Below, piece by piece: positions 1-9,705 of a DNA stretch of 40,106 nt. This DNA comes from an uncultured Victivallales bacterium. Its GTDB lineage: Bacteria; Verrucomicrobiota; Kiritimatiellia; UBA8416; JAIOPI01. The DNA lies in contig CAZWQJ010000004.1 in the NCBI GenBank assembly GCA_964635825.1, positions 1 through 40,106 on the forward strand. The letters run 5' to 3'. How positions within the stretch are numbered: the first letter of the stretch is position 1; each line of letters begins with the position of its first letter. The notes beneath the pieces are model-generated. The model was not told where the DNA came from. It worked only from the letters and a program-made list of their open reading frames with translations, and searched no databases. The position numbers and the translations under genes were made by a program.

Positions 1-4
1 AATC

Positions 5-244
5 ATGAGCGAGCCAGTGATGGCCCAGAAGAGCCCTTACGCGGTGCAGGTTGAGGCGGGTAAGACCTATTACTGGTGTGCATGCGGCCGGAGCAAGAGT
101 CAGCCCTACTGCGACGGCTCTCACCGCGGCAGTGGCACCACCCCCGTCGAGTTCCGCCCCACGCAGACAGGAACCGTCTACCTCTGCGGCTGCAAACGCT
201 CCAAAACGCAACCCCATTGCGACGGCACCCATCGCACCCTGTGA
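5..244 (+). CDS. CDGSH iron-sulfur domain protein (two CDGSH domains, CISD3/MiNT-like)
   Basis: Two C-x-C-x2-S-x3-P-x-C-D-G-(S/T)-H motifs: CACGRSKSQPYCDGSH and CGCKRSKTQPHCDGTH. Start lies at the window edge. Confidence 0.92.
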   Translation: MSEPVMAQKSPYAVQVEAGKTYYWCACGRSKSQPYCDGSHRGSGTTPVEFRPTQTGTVYLCGCKRSKTQPHCDGTHRTL

Positions 245-356
245 GGCACCGCGATCCACCGGCCGCACCGCCAGTGGTGGCCCGCAGGCTAAATGTCCGT
301 AGCGATCCGCCGTTGCGCCCCCCGTGCCGGGCCAGGCGAATCAAGAGGAGTCCTTG

Positions 357-1697
357 ATGTTTCTTCTGATAGTCAGCCTTGCACTGGCGCTATCTGTCTC
401 GTTCCTGTGCTCGCTGATGGAAGCCTGCCTCCTCAGCATCACACCGGGCCAGATTGCCGAGCTTTGCCAGTCCCGACCCCGCGTAGGCCGTATCCTGCAG
501 GGGCTGAAGCGCGAGATCGACAATTCCATCGCCGTGATTTTGACGCTGAATACGGCCGCCCATACCGTCGGCGCCACGGTGGCGGGCGCTGAGTTCGCCG
601 TCGTCTTCGGCAACCAGTGGATCGGGGTCTTCTCGGCGGTATTCACCTACGTGATGCTGCAATTCACGGAGATTCTGCCCAAGTCGGTCGGGGTCCGCTT
701 CAACCGCCAACTCTGCACGCCCCTGGCCTGGATCCTCCCGGTGCTCATCAGCGTCCTCCGCCCCCTCGTCTGGTTCCTGCGCCTGATCAATCGTCCCTTT
801 GAATTCAGGAGCGGCGATGTGGAAGACACGCCCACCAGCATGGAGGAACTGATTGCCCTCGCGCGCTTGGCACGGGTCGAGCGCGATATCAGCCCCCAAC
901 AGGAGCGCATCATCGCCGGCACCGCCGCCCTCTCCCACCAAACGGTCCGCGAGATCATGATCCCCATCACCGAGATCACGTTTCTTTCCACGAATATGAG
1001 TCTGGCCGATGCCATCATCACCGCCCACCTCGATCCGCACACGCGCTTCCCCGTCACCGCCGGCACCGACACGAACCAGGTCCTCGGCTACGTAAACTTC
1101 AAGGAACTGATCTATCGCATCCGCACGAACCCGGCCGACCCCACACTCTCCGGCATCATCCGCCCCGTCCATTTCCTCGAACCCGGGACCATCTGCGTTC
1201 AGGCTCTGCGCACCTTTATCGATGAACATGTGCACATGGCCATCGTACGCGACGCGCGCGGCACCGTGCTCGGCCTGGTGACGCTCGAAGACGTCCTGGA
1301 GGAAATTCTCGGCAAGCTGGGCGATGAGTTTGAGCGGCTACCCAAGATGATGCACTCGCTGGCGGACGGCGTGTGGATCATGGGGGGCGGGGTGCCCGTC
1401 AGCCGCGCCATGACCGCCCTCCGCATCGCCGGCCCCGAAACCACCCTGCCTCTTGCCGCCTGGATGACCGATGGCGGCAAGCAGCCCGCCACCCTCGGGC
1501 AGATCCGTCAGCAAGGCGGCCTCGATTTCATCGTGCGCCGCGTGCGCCGTGGGCGCGTCTTTGAGATTCTCGTAACCCCGGAAGGCAAGCGCCCGCCGGA
1601 TCTGTTCCCGCCGACGCCGCACCCGTCCGATGCGGCCACGAATGCGACCACCCCTCAACCGGTTGCCCACGTCCCGCCGCCGGACGAAACCGCCTGA
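357..1697 (+). CDS. CNNM/DUF21-CBS domain membrane protein (hemolysin C/CorB-like Mg/Co transport family)
   Basis: N-terminal TM region with SFLCSLMEACLLS, ILTLNTAAH and FTEILPKS (DUF21), tandem CBS (VREIMIP, HTRFPV, HMAIVRD..G..LGLVTLEDVLEEI), and a CorC-like C-terminus. Start moved from 324 to ATG 357 because GAGGAG (345-350) precedes it. Confidence 0.88.
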   Translation: MFLLIVSLALALSVSFLCSLMEACLLSITPGQIAELCQSRPRVGRILQGLKREIDNSIAVILTLNTAAHTVGATVAGAEFAVVFGNQWIGVFSAVFTYVMLQFTEILPKSVGVRFNRQLCTPLAWILPVLISVLRPLVWFLRLINRPFEFRSGDVEDTPTSMEELIALARLARVERDISPQQERIIAGTAALSHQTVREIMIPITEITFLSTNMSLADAIITAHLDPHTRFPVTAGTDTNQVLGYVNFKELIYRIRTNPADPTLSGIIRPVHFLEPGTICVQALRTFIDEHVHMAIVRDARGTVLGLVTLEDVLEEILGKLGDEFERLPKMMHSLADGVWIMGGGVPVSRAMTALRIAGPETTLPLAAWMTDGGKQPATLGQIRQQGGLDFIVRRVRRGRVFEILVTPEGKRPPDLFPPTPHPSDAATNATTPQPVAHVPPPDETA

Positions 1698-1720
1698 GCG
1701 CGCGCCTGCCTGGCGACCGG

Positions 1721-2764
1721 TCACACGGTGCACACGGGCAGCGACGGGATCACGTCCGTGTGCATGGCGGAATCGCCACGCAAGCCGCCCCCCACCCCCG
1801 CCAGTCCGGCGATCATGGCCGCATTGTCCGCGCAGTGGGCGCCTTTGGCCAGCAGCAGCCGGGCCCCTTGCCTTGCGGCCAACTCCTGAAGACGCGCCCG
1901 CAGGCGACTGTTCAGGGACACCCCGCCCCCTACTGCCAGCGTGCCGCCGTGGGCCACCACCCGCTCGCAGCGTTCAATCACGGCGTCCACGATCGCCTCC
2001 TGATAGCTCGCAACCACATCGGCAAACGTTTCATGGTCCGCGCTGAGCGCATGGTCACGCACGTAATAGCGCAAGGCCGTCTTGAGGCCGCTGAAGCTGA
2101 AGCATAGCTCGGTCGCGAGCCCGGGCGGCGCAAAGCGTTCACTGCGCACGGCCCCGCGCGGGAAACTCACGAACCGCGGGTTGCCATTCTTGGCCACGCG
2201 GTCCACCACGGGCCCGCCCGGGTAGCCCAACCCCAGCAGGTTCGCTCCCTTGTCAAACGCTTCACCGGCCGCGTCGTCGATGGTTTCCCCCAACAACGTG
2301 TAGCGCCCCAGCGCCTCCCACCGCACCAGGCACGTGTGCCCGCCCGAAATGACCAACGCCACGAAGGAACCAACCTCCTCCAGCGTCGGCGATCCCTCGG
2401 CCAGAAATGGCGAGTACATGTGCGCCTGCAAATGGTTGATCCCAATCAGGGGCTTGCCCAGCCGCAACGAAAGGCCCTTGGCCATGGCCAATCCCACCAG
2501 CAGTGAACTCGCAAGCCCGGGCCCGTACGTGACCGCGACCGCATCCACGCGATCCCAAGCCACCCCCGCATCCCCAAGCGCACGCACCACGACCGATGGC
2601 AGCATTTCGCTGTGCTGGCGCGAGGCAATTTCGGGAACCACGCCCCCGTACGGCCGGTGCAGATCCACCTGGCTCAGGATGACGTTCGACAACACCCGCC
2701 GGCCATCTTCCACGATGGCGGCGGAAGTCTCGTCGCAGGACGTCTCAATACCCAGAACAATCAC
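1721..2764 (-). CDS. tsaD: tRNA N6-adenosine threonylcarbamoyltransferase
   Basis: LGIETSCDETSAA, GGVVPEIASRQH, NHLQAH metal motif, SGGHT, DDAAGEAFDK, FSFSGLKTA and DNAAMIA. The GTG start overlaps the ctpA stop by 4 nt. Confidence 0.97.
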   Translation of the reverse strand: MIVLGIETSCDETSAAIVEDGRRVLSNVILSQVDLHRPYGGVVPEIASRQHSEMLPSVVVRALGDAGVAWDRVDAVAVTYGPGLASSLLVGLAMAKGLSLRLGKPLIGINHLQAHMYSPFLAEGSPTLEEVGSFVALVISGGHTCLVRWEALGRYTLLGETIDDAAGEAFDKGANLLGLGYPGGPVVDRVAKNGNPRFVSFPRGAVRSERFAPPGLATELCFSFSGLKTALRYYVRDHALSADHETFADVVASYQEAIVDAVIERCERVVAHGGTLAVGGGVSLNSRLRARLQELAARQGARLLLAKGAHCADNAAMIAGLAGVGGGLRGDSAMHTDVIPSLPVCTV

Positions 2765-4107
2765 TGGAAAAGCCTGATCCCCTGGAGCAGATCCACCGCG
2801 CGCTCCAGTTGGATATCCACCACCTCGGCCGTTTCCGCGCGCACCTCCTCCGAGAACATCTCAGGCGTCTCGGTGTGCGCACGGCGCAACAACACTTGCC
2901 GCCACATTGGCGGCGTCAGATTGATCTCGATGTCCGGCAGAATGCCCACCTTGTGAATCAGCGCCCCACTCGGCGTGTAGTAGTAGGCGATCGTCAGGCG
3001 CACCGCCATGCTCTCTTCCTCGTTAATCGGGATCACACTCTGAACAGATGCTTTTCCAAATGTGCGCGTCCCAACCAGCACCGCTCGGTGGTGATCCTTC
3101 AGCGCCCCGGCCACGATCTCCGACGCGCTGGCGCTGCCGCCATTCACAAGGATAACCATGGGGAACCCGGTCAGGCGCACATCGCCGCCGGCACGCGTCA
3201 CGATCTCATCCTGCACACCCGGCCGCCCGCGTGTCGTCACAATCACGTCATTCTTTTCCAGGAACTTCTCGGCCACCCCCACCGCAGCGGAAAGCAGACC
3301 GCCCGGGTTCCCGCGTAGATCGAGCACCAGCGCATTCATGCCTTGCGCTGTGAGCTCATCCAGCGCGCGCTGCAGGTCGTTGGTCGTGGGCTTGGCGAAC
3401 TGCGTCAGCCGAATGTACCCGACCCCGTCGCGCACGATCCGGACCCCCTTCACGCTCGGCACCACGATGTCGTCGCGCACAATCTCCACCGTGCGCTGCT
3501 CCTCCCCATCCTCGCTCTGCACCGTGATCGTCACCGTCGTCCCGGGATCGCCGCGCAGCTTCTTCACCACGTCCCGCAACATGACGCCTGTCGTCTTCTC
3601 GCCATCGATCTCGATGATGCGGTCGCCCGTCTGCAGCCCCGCCCGGTAGGCCGGCGTGTCCTCGATCGGCGCAATCACGGTCAGCACACCGTCGCTGGCT
3701 CCAATCGTCACCCCGATCCCGCTGAACTTGCCGGACGTATCCTCCTGCATCTCTTCGTAGTCCTCGGCCTCAAGAAACGAGCTGTGCTCGTCGAGCCCCT
3801 GCAGCATGCCGTGAATCGCGCCGTACGTGATGTCCTGGTACGACTTCTCCTCGACGTAAAACTTCCGGATCTGCAGCAGCGCCCGCGCCAGCAACTCCAC
3901 GTGCGGATACGCCGAATCCTCGTCGAGCAGCGTGGCCACATCGGTCACGTTGGTGGCAGGTTCGTCAGCCGCCCCGGTGTCCGCCTCCGGTGCCTTCGCC
4001 GCGATCGGCGCCTGGCGCATGGAGGCACAGCCGGCCATCGCCAGAAGCATCCCCGCCACCAGTCCAGGACAGACCCAATGACTCCACCACCGACATGTGT
4101 TCTGCAT
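2761..4107 (-). CDS. ctpA: Carboxyl-terminal processing protease, S41 family, probable lipoprotein
   Basis: PDZ domain (FSGIGV, TPAYRAGLQTGD), LDLRGNPGGLL, catalytic NGGSASASE and TFGKASVQ, YYTPSG. Lipobox-like LAMAGC. Start placed at ATG 4107 rather than 4305, which would overlap rlmN. Confidence 0.92.
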   Translation of the reverse strand: MQNTCRWWSHWVCPGLVAGMLLAMAGCASMRQAPIAAKAPEADTGAADEPATNVTDVATLLDEDSAYPHVELLARALLQIRKFYVEEKSYQDITYGAIHGMLQGLDEHSSFLEAEDYEEMQEDTSGKFSGIGVTIGASDGVLTVIAPIEDTPAYRAGLQTGDRIIEIDGEKTTGVMLRDVVKKLRGDPGTTVTITVQSEDGEEQRTVEIVRDDIVVPSVKGVRIVRDGVGYIRLTQFAKPTTNDLQRALDELTAQGMNALVLDLRGNPGGLLSAAVGVAEKFLEKNDVIVTTRGRPGVQDEIVTRAGGDVRLTGFPMVILVNGGSASASEIVAGALKDHHRAVLVGTRTFGKASVQSVIPINEEESMAVRLTIAYYYTPSGALIHKVGILPDIEINLTPPMWRQVLLRRAHTETPEMFSEEVRAETAEVVDIQLERAVDLLQGIRLFQ

Positions 4108-4188
4108 GCGTGAATTCCCTGTGAATGCCGAGCTTTGGAGCCCTTCGCACCACCCCGCAACGGCCGGCCTGGCGCTGACGTGCCGCGC

Positions 4189-4217
4189 ATTCTCCCAAGC
4201 GTCACACGGGGTGTCCA
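4189..4217 (-). promoter_or_regulatory. Putative sigma70 promoter for ctpA-tsaD
   Basis: Minus strand TGGACA-17 nt-GAGAAT with a TG extended -10, in the gap between the rlmN stop and the ctpA start. Confidence 0.4.
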
Positions 4218-4271
4218 CTGTTTTCCCGGCCATGCCCCCCACCCATTCCAAGTCCGTGGTGGCCCATCCGG

Positions 4272-5300
4272 TCACGCCCCACGAACCGCGCCCAACTGCC
4301 CGCATGCGGCCATGACATCCCTACCCTTGGGGTGGCGGCGCCGGACGAAGAGACCGGCTCCCGTGAGCCACCCGCAGAAGCGGTCGATCTCCTCGCGGCT
4401 CGGACTCACAAATGGGCGCCTGCTGCCGCCATTGTAGGGAATCACGTTGACCCGAACGGGCAGACCATCCAGGTAGCGCACCAGTTCGCTGGCATGCTCT
4501 TGCTGATCGTTAACCCCAGCCAGCAACACGTACTCGATCAGGAACACGCCTCCGCGCCCCAACGGATACTCGCGCAGGGCCACCTTGAGTTGCTCCAGCG
4601 AGTAGCGCGCATTCAAAGGAACGAGCCGCGTACGCAGCGCCTCGTTCGCCGCGTGGATCGAGATCGCCAGCCGCAGGTTTGGCAACTGGGCGGCCGCGAG
4701 CTCGCGCAGCCCATCCACGTGCCCCGCCGTGGATACCGTGATTCTGCGATACGGAATATTCAGGCCGCGCGAATCGGCCAGCACGCGTAGCGCCGGGATG
4801 ACCGCGGCGAGATTGTCGAGCGGCTCTCCCATGCCCATAAACACCACGTTGTCCACCGGCCGGCCCACCTCATACCGCGCCGCCACGACTTGCCCCACGA
4901 TCTCTTCCACCGTCAGGTGGCGCCGCAACCCCATCTCTCCGGTCACGCAGAACTTGCACCCCATCCGGCACCCGACCTGCGAAGACACGCACAACGTCGA
5001 GCGCCCCCGGTCCGGAATAACGACCGACTCAATGCTGGCGCCATCCTCAAACGCGGTGGCGAACTTCAGCACGCCGCCATCCTCCTGTCGCTCCACGATC
5101 CGGCCCGCCGCCTTCTTCAGTCCCTTCTCCAACTGCGCGCCAAGCGCCGGTGATTTGGCCAGCGCCGCATCGTCCGCCAAGCGCCGCTGCCCCGATCCCA
5201 TCACCGCGCGGTAGAGGGCAATGGCGCTCACCCGCGCCACGCCATGTCGGGTCTTGCAGGCGTCGGCGAAAGCCTCGCAGGTTAGCGATAGGATATTCAC
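4272..5300 (-). CDS. rlmN: RlmN-family radical SAM RNA methyltransferase
   Basis: TLCVSSQVGCRMGCKFC (CxxxCxxC), VFMGMGEP, ITVSTAG, EYVLLAGVND, VNVIPYN and C-terminal AACGQL with the methyl-carrier Cys. Confidence 0.85.
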   Translation of the reverse strand: MNILSLTCEAFADACKTRHGVARVSAIALYRAVMGSGQRRLADDAALAKSPALGAQLEKGLKKAAGRIVERQEDGGVLKFATAFEDGASIESVVIPDRGRSTLCVSSQVGCRMGCKFCVTGEMGLRRHLTVEEIVGQVVAARYEVGRPVDNVVFMGMGEPLDNLAAVIPALRVLADSRGLNIPYRRITVSTAGHVDGLRELAAAQLPNLRLAISIHAANEALRTRLVPLNARYSLEQLKVALREYPLGRGGVFLIEYVLLAGVNDQQEHASELVRYLDGLPVRVNVIPYNGGSRRPFVSPSREEIDRFCGWLTGAGLFVRRRHPKGRDVMAACGQLGAVRGA

Positions 5301-5329
5301 TCGCAGGTGATCTCCAGATGCCGTCGCAC

Positions 5330-7006
5330 TCAGTTCACAAACGGATCCGGGGACGGTTCACGCCGCTGGCCGTGCGCCGCCCAGGCCCAGATCGTCAGGA
5401 CGGAGGCGAGCAGCATGTAGCCCCACACTTGCCAGGCGGTCGGCCTGGCAATCTCGACATTGGAGAACGGTAGCCGCGTAAGCAGCCGGTTCACCTCGAG
5501 AAACCACTGAATCAGGGTCACCGCAGCCATGTTGTAGATTTCGGCGAATAGATTGCTGACCGAGCCCAGCACCACCGAGAGGCAACCACTGAACACCATG
5601 AGGAACGCCAGCGGAACGACCACCAGGTTGGCCAGCAGCGCGACCGGCGTCACCCGCTCAAAGTAGTACGCCGTGATGGGGAGCGACGCGAACCAGGCCG
5701 CGACGGACACCGCCACCACCGAAATCAGCGTACGCAACATCCGGTGCTTGATGCCACGCGGCCCCCGCGCCTCCGGCAGCGCCAGGGGGTCCGGCGCCAC
5801 CACGGCGTTCAGCCACCCATACAGCAGCGGGCACCAGACAATCAGACCCAGTACAACAACGAAGGAGAAGATGAACCCGATGTCTTGAATCTGGGCTGGT
5901 GCCGCCGCCGCAATCAGCACAGCCGAGAGGCAAAGCGCCGATGCCGCATCCGGGCGCCGCCCCATGCTCGGGGCCAGCAAAAACACGAGCGCCATCACGC
6001 AGGCCCGCACGGCACTCGCGGGCGCACCGGTCAGCACCGTGTAGGCGATCACCACGGGACCCAGCGCCCAGACCCAACGTTCTCTCGACAACCGCACTGC
6101 ACGCAACAACAGGATGCATAGCCCCGTCACGATCACCACGTGTTGCCCGGAGATGGCAAACACATGCAGCGTACCCGTCGCCGCCCCGAGGTCCCGCACC
6201 GCACGTGAAAGTCGTCCGCGCCCTCCCACCATCAGGGATTGCAGGATTCCGTTCTCCTCGGGTAGTTGCTCGACGCCACGCGTCAGATGTTCGGCAACGC
6301 GTGCCCGGGCGGCATAGCACCACGTGCGGAAAGAAGATCCGTGCCCGCCCGAGACAAAGGTCGCCTGCCGTGGAAAGACGCGCGGCCAATGCGCATCCTG
6401 GGTGTCGGTGCGCGCTGCGGGCCAGTTGACGTCGTGCAGCAGCCAGTGATCCCCGTACCTCGGCAAGCGCCCGTCCGGCGTCCCATGCCACCACATCGGC
6501 GTCGTGATGAACCCGGGCCGCTGCCACTCGCCCGCTGCCGTTCGCACACGGATCACACGCACCTGCACCCAGCACCGAACCAGACGGCCATGGATCGAGG
6601 CATTCGCCACCGGATCGTCCACCACGGCCACTTCCACCGCCTCCGGCGCTCCGCCCGCAGACCAGCCCGCGGGCGGAGCAGCCCCACGCAGACGCGGTGA
6701 GGCCGAGACCCAGCCCGCCAGTACCGCCGCCGCCAGAAGCAACAACGTATCGCAAGCCCGCCCGCGATTTGGCGTCATTCCCGTGCCAGAACGCGGGGGG
6801 CTCCACAACCGGATCGCCGCCGCGCACACACAGGCGAATGCGCCGCCCCAAACCACCCAGCCCACATCCGCCGCATGCAACCCGACGGAGGTACCCAGTA
6901 GAAAGGCGGCTGTGAGGCCCACCACCGGCCGACGAATGAAGCGAACCGTGCCGCTCGCCCCCTCCGGGCAATCAGATCGCGGAGTGTCGGAAGGTTCACG
7001 CTGCAT
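5330..7006 (-). CDS. comEC: ComEC/Rec2-family DNA uptake channel (N-terminal region plus competence domain, no metallo-beta-lactamase domain)
   Basis: GTLHVFAISGQH, TGAPASAVRACVMA, DIGFIFSF, SLPITAYYF and LLANLVVVP in a multi-TM protein of 558 aa. Confidence 0.85.
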   Translation of the reverse strand: MQREPSDTPRSDCPEGASGTVRFIRRPVVGLTAAFLLGTSVGLHAADVGWVVWGGAFACVCAAAIRLWSPPRSGTGMTPNRGRACDTLLLLAAAVLAGWVSASPRLRGAAPPAGWSAGGAPEAVEVAVVDDPVANASIHGRLVRCWVQVRVIRVRTAAGEWQRPGFITTPMWWHGTPDGRLPRYGDHWLLHDVNWPAARTDTQDAHWPRVFPRQATFVSGGHGSSFRTWCYAARARVAEHLTRGVEQLPEENGILQSLMVGGRGRLSRAVRDLGAATGTLHVFAISGQHVVIVTGLCILLLRAVRLSRERWVWALGPVVIAYTVLTGAPASAVRACVMALVFLLAPSMGRRPDAASALCLSAVLIAAAAPAQIQDIGFIFSFVVVLGLIVWCPLLYGWLNAVVAPDPLALPEARGPRGIKHRMLRTLISVVAVSVAAWFASLPITAYYFERVTPVALLANLVVVPLAFLMVFSGCLSVVLGSVSNLFAEIYNMAAVTLIQWFLEVNRLLTRLPFSNVEIARPTAWQVWGYMLLASVLTIWAWAAHGQRREPSPDPFVN

Positions 7007-7015
7007 GGAGTGCCA

Positions 7016-8302
7016 CTAGAGCGTGGCCAGCGCCGCCATCATGCGCGCACGCTCGGTCTCGGACAAGTCCGGCGACACGATCGCCAGACTGGCGCGAGCA
7101 GGCCGCATCACCACGCCGGCCAACTCGCGGATCTCCGCGCTCGTGACCGACGAAAGGCGCTTGATCGATTCCTCGGGCGGAATGAACCGCCCGCGCGTCA
7201 GCAGGTTGTCCCCGACCCACATCATCTGGTGGCTCGTGCTTTCCAGGCCGAGGCGCATCTGGCCGATGACGTAGTCCTTCGCCCGGCGCAGTTCCGCCGC
7301 CCCCACCGCCCGTTCGCGCATGCGGGCCATCTCACGCACAATCAGCTCCAGCGCCCGCGACTTTCGCTTCCGATCGAGCCCCGCGGAGATCGTCAGCGCA
7401 CCGCTCTCTTCAAACAACTGCAGGTGCGAGTGCACCGAGTACGCCAGACCATGCTTCTCACGCACAATCTGAAACAACCGCGAACTCATGTTCTCGCCCA
7501 GCACCGCGCTCAGCAGCTTGAGCGCATGGCGGCGGTCATCGCGGTAGCCAAAGAGGCGGAGACCGAGGGCCAGGTGCGTCTGCTCGATATCCTTCTCGGT
7601 GAAGGCGGTGCGGACCAGGTTCATGCGCGCCGGCACGCGCGAGTACGGCTTCGGACGCGCCGTCACCGGTAGCCCCCGCATCGCCTTCGTCACCGCCTTC
7701 ACGCAAGCGTCGTGATCCACCCGCCCCGCCAGCGCCACCACCGTGTTACGCGCCACGTAGCGCTCGGCCACGAATCGCCGGAATGTCGCCGACGTCATCC
7801 GCTTCAGCGTCTCCGGGGTGCCGATGATCGGGCGCCCCAACGCATGCCCCGGCCACAGCCCGTTCATCAAAAGCTCCTGCACCTGATGCCGCGGCTGATC
7901 GCGGTACATCATGATCTCCTCGACGATGACCCCCCGCTCCTTCTCCACATCGTCCGCCCCAAAGCGCGAGCGCATGTACATGTCGCTGAGCACATCCAGC
8001 GCGTTATCGAGTTGGTCGAAACCGACGCGCGCGTAGTAGCAGGTGTTTTCCTCGCCCGTGAACGCATTCAGGTATCCGCCGCGCCCCTCGATCGCCGTCG
8101 AAATGTCCTTCGCCGAGCGCGTTCGCGTCCCCTTGAACAGCAAATGCTCGGTGAAATGACTGATGCCACCCAGCATCGGCGACTCGTGCCGCGATCCCAC
8201 GCCAACCCAAATGCCCAACGCCACGCTTTGCACGTGCGGCATCGAGGACGTGATCACCCGGACCCCATTCGCCAACTTGCTCTGCCGAACATCCATCAGC
8301 AT
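7016..8302 (-). CDS. M16 family (pitrilysin-like) zinc peptidase
   Basis: LANGVRV, VGSRHE, inverted zinc motif HFTEH in GISHFTEHLLFKGT, LNAFT, KERGVIVEE, and MSSRLFQIVREKHGLAYSV. Confidence 0.93.
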   Translation of the reverse strand: MLMDVRQSKLANGVRVITSSMPHVQSVALGIWVGVGSRHESPMLGGISHFTEHLLFKGTRTRSAKDISTAIEGRGGYLNAFTGEENTCYYARVGFDQLDNALDVLSDMYMRSRFGADDVEKERGVIVEEIMMYRDQPRHQVQELLMNGLWPGHALGRPIIGTPETLKRMTSATFRRFVAERYVARNTVVALAGRVDHDACVKAVTKAMRGLPVTARPKPYSRVPARMNLVRTAFTEKDIEQTHLALGLRLFGYRDDRRHALKLLSAVLGENMSSRLFQIVREKHGLAYSVHSHLQLFEESGALTISAGLDRKRKSRALELIVREMARMRERAVGAAELRRAKDYVIGQMRLGLESTSHQMMWVGDNLLTRGRFIPPEESIKRLSSVTSAEIRELAGVVMRPARASLAIVSPDLSETERARMMAALATL

Positions 8303-8371
8303 GGCCGACGTTCCTCTCTGCTCACCGTCTGTCCTACCGTCAACGAATCGCCCCGCGCACTGGCCTTTGAA

Positions 8372-9094
8372 TCAGCGACAGGCGGCCTTCAGTGCCGACA
8401 GCGTTGCCAGCCCTTCGTAGAGCGCCTTGCCCACGATCGCCGCCGACAGCGTCGCCTGGGCCAGTCCGGCGAGGGCCTTCACATCGTCCGGCGAGGAAAC
8501 GCCGCCGGAGGCAATCACATTCATGGAGACGCTGCGGCAAAGCCGGTCAACCGCCGCGGCGTTCACTCCCAGCAGCATGCCGTCGCGCGCCGTATCTGTG
8601 TAGATCACCGTGCGGACCCCGAGGGCCTGCACGCGCTGCGCCAGGTCGGTGGAACTCACCAGTGTCGTTTCCATCCAGCCTTTGACTTGAACCCGGCCCT
8701 GGCGCGCATCGATGCCCACGGCCACGGCCTCACCAAACTCGGCCGCCAGCTGCCCCACCATCTCCGGATCTTCCACCGCCCGCGTGCCAAAGATGACCCG
8801 TCGCACGCCTGCATCCAGCAATTGGATCGCATCCTCGCGGCGCCGCAAGCCCCCGCCCACCTGCACCGGAATCTTCACCGCGCGCGCAATCGCCACCAGC
8901 AATCGCGTATGCACCGGCTCTCCGCAGAAGGCCCCATCCAGATCCACCAGGTGCAACATTTCCGCACCCTCGCCCTCCCAGCGTACCGCCATCTCCACCG
9001 GATCGTTCGAGTACGTCTGCACCGCCTCCGGGCGGCCCTGGCGCAAGCGCACGCACTTGCCATCCTTTAAATCAATCGCCGGAATAATAATCAC
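8372..9094 (-). CDS. hisA: ProFAR isomerase
   Basis: IIPAIDLKDGKCVRLRQG, LHLVDLDGA, QVGGGLR, YTDTARDGML, IASGGV and IVGKALYEG. Confidence 0.96.
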   Translation of the reverse strand: MIIIPAIDLKDGKCVRLRQGRPEAVQTYSNDPVEMAVRWEGEGAEMLHLVDLDGAFCGEPVHTRLLVAIARAVKIPVQVGGGLRRREDAIQLLDAGVRRVIFGTRAVEDPEMVGQLAAEFGEAVAVGIDARQGRVQVKGWMETTLVSSTDLAQRVQALGVRTVIYTDTARDGMLLGVNAAAVDRLCRSVSMNVIASGGVSSPDDVKALAGLAQATLSAAIVGKALYEGLATLSALKAACR

Positions 9095-9111
9095 AATGGT
9101 TCCTCGCCACC

Positions 9112-9705
9112 CTAGAGCGAGCCCTTGCTCGACGGAATACGGTTGTCGCGCGGGTCCGCGGAGGCTGCCACGCGCACGGCGCGCGCCAACGCCTTGAACA
9201 CCGCTTCATAGGCATGATGCGCTTCCTGCCCGCGCATCTGGTCGATGTGCAGATTCATGCGCGCCTGCACCACCAACGCCTGGAAGAAATCATCGAACAG
9301 ACTCAACTCGAAATCGCGCAGCTTGCGCTTGCGGCAGGCCATGTCCTTGACGAGGAACGGGCGCCCGCCCAGATCCACCACCACCCGGCACAGCGCGTCA
9401 TCCATCGGCACGTAGGCAGATCCATAGCGCACGATCCCGCGCCGGTCGCCCAGCGCCTCGTCCAGCGCGGAGCCCAGCGTCAGCCCAAGGTCTTCCACCG
9501 TGTGGTGGTAATCCACCTCCAGGTCGCCCTTCGCCTGAATCTCCATATCAATCAGCGAATGCCGCGAGAGCAGTTCCAGCATGTGATCGACGAATGCCAT
9601 CCCCGTATGGATCTTGGAAACGCCGGTGCCATCGAGATTCAGCATCACGCGAATGTCCGTCTCACGCGTGGCCCTGCGCTTGTCCGCCAACCGCTTCTTC
9701 ATCAC
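9112..9705 (-). CDS. hisB: Imidazoleglycerol-phosphate dehydratase (monofunctional)
   Basis: RATRETDI, DHML, DYHHTVED, PMDDAL, HHAYEAVFKALARA and IPSSKGSL. Confidence 0.97.
   Translation of the reverse strand: MMKKRLADKRRATRETDIRVMLNLDGTGVSKIHTGMAFVDHMLELLSRHSLIDMEIQAKGDLEVDYHHTVEDLGLTLGSALDEALGDRRGIVRYGSAYVPMDDALCRVVVDLGGRPFLVKDMACRKRKLRDFELSLFDDFFQALVVQARMNLHIDQMRGQEAHHAYEAVFKALARAVRVAASADPRDNRIPSSKGSL

Noticed and set aside
245-356. Possible riboswitch upstream of the CNNM/CBS gene
   Set aside because: I could not match the core motifs of M-box, yybP-ykoY, NiCo or c-di-GMP riboswitches. An Infernal/Rfam scan would settle it.
4108-4305. Extended N-termini from the ORF track (ctpA here; likewise exbD 13406, exbB 13998, greA 38881, 32830 and 12850)
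   Set aside because: The extensions overlap neighbouring genes or promoters and lack family similarity. Downstream starts fit better on RBS, signal peptide or gene spacing.
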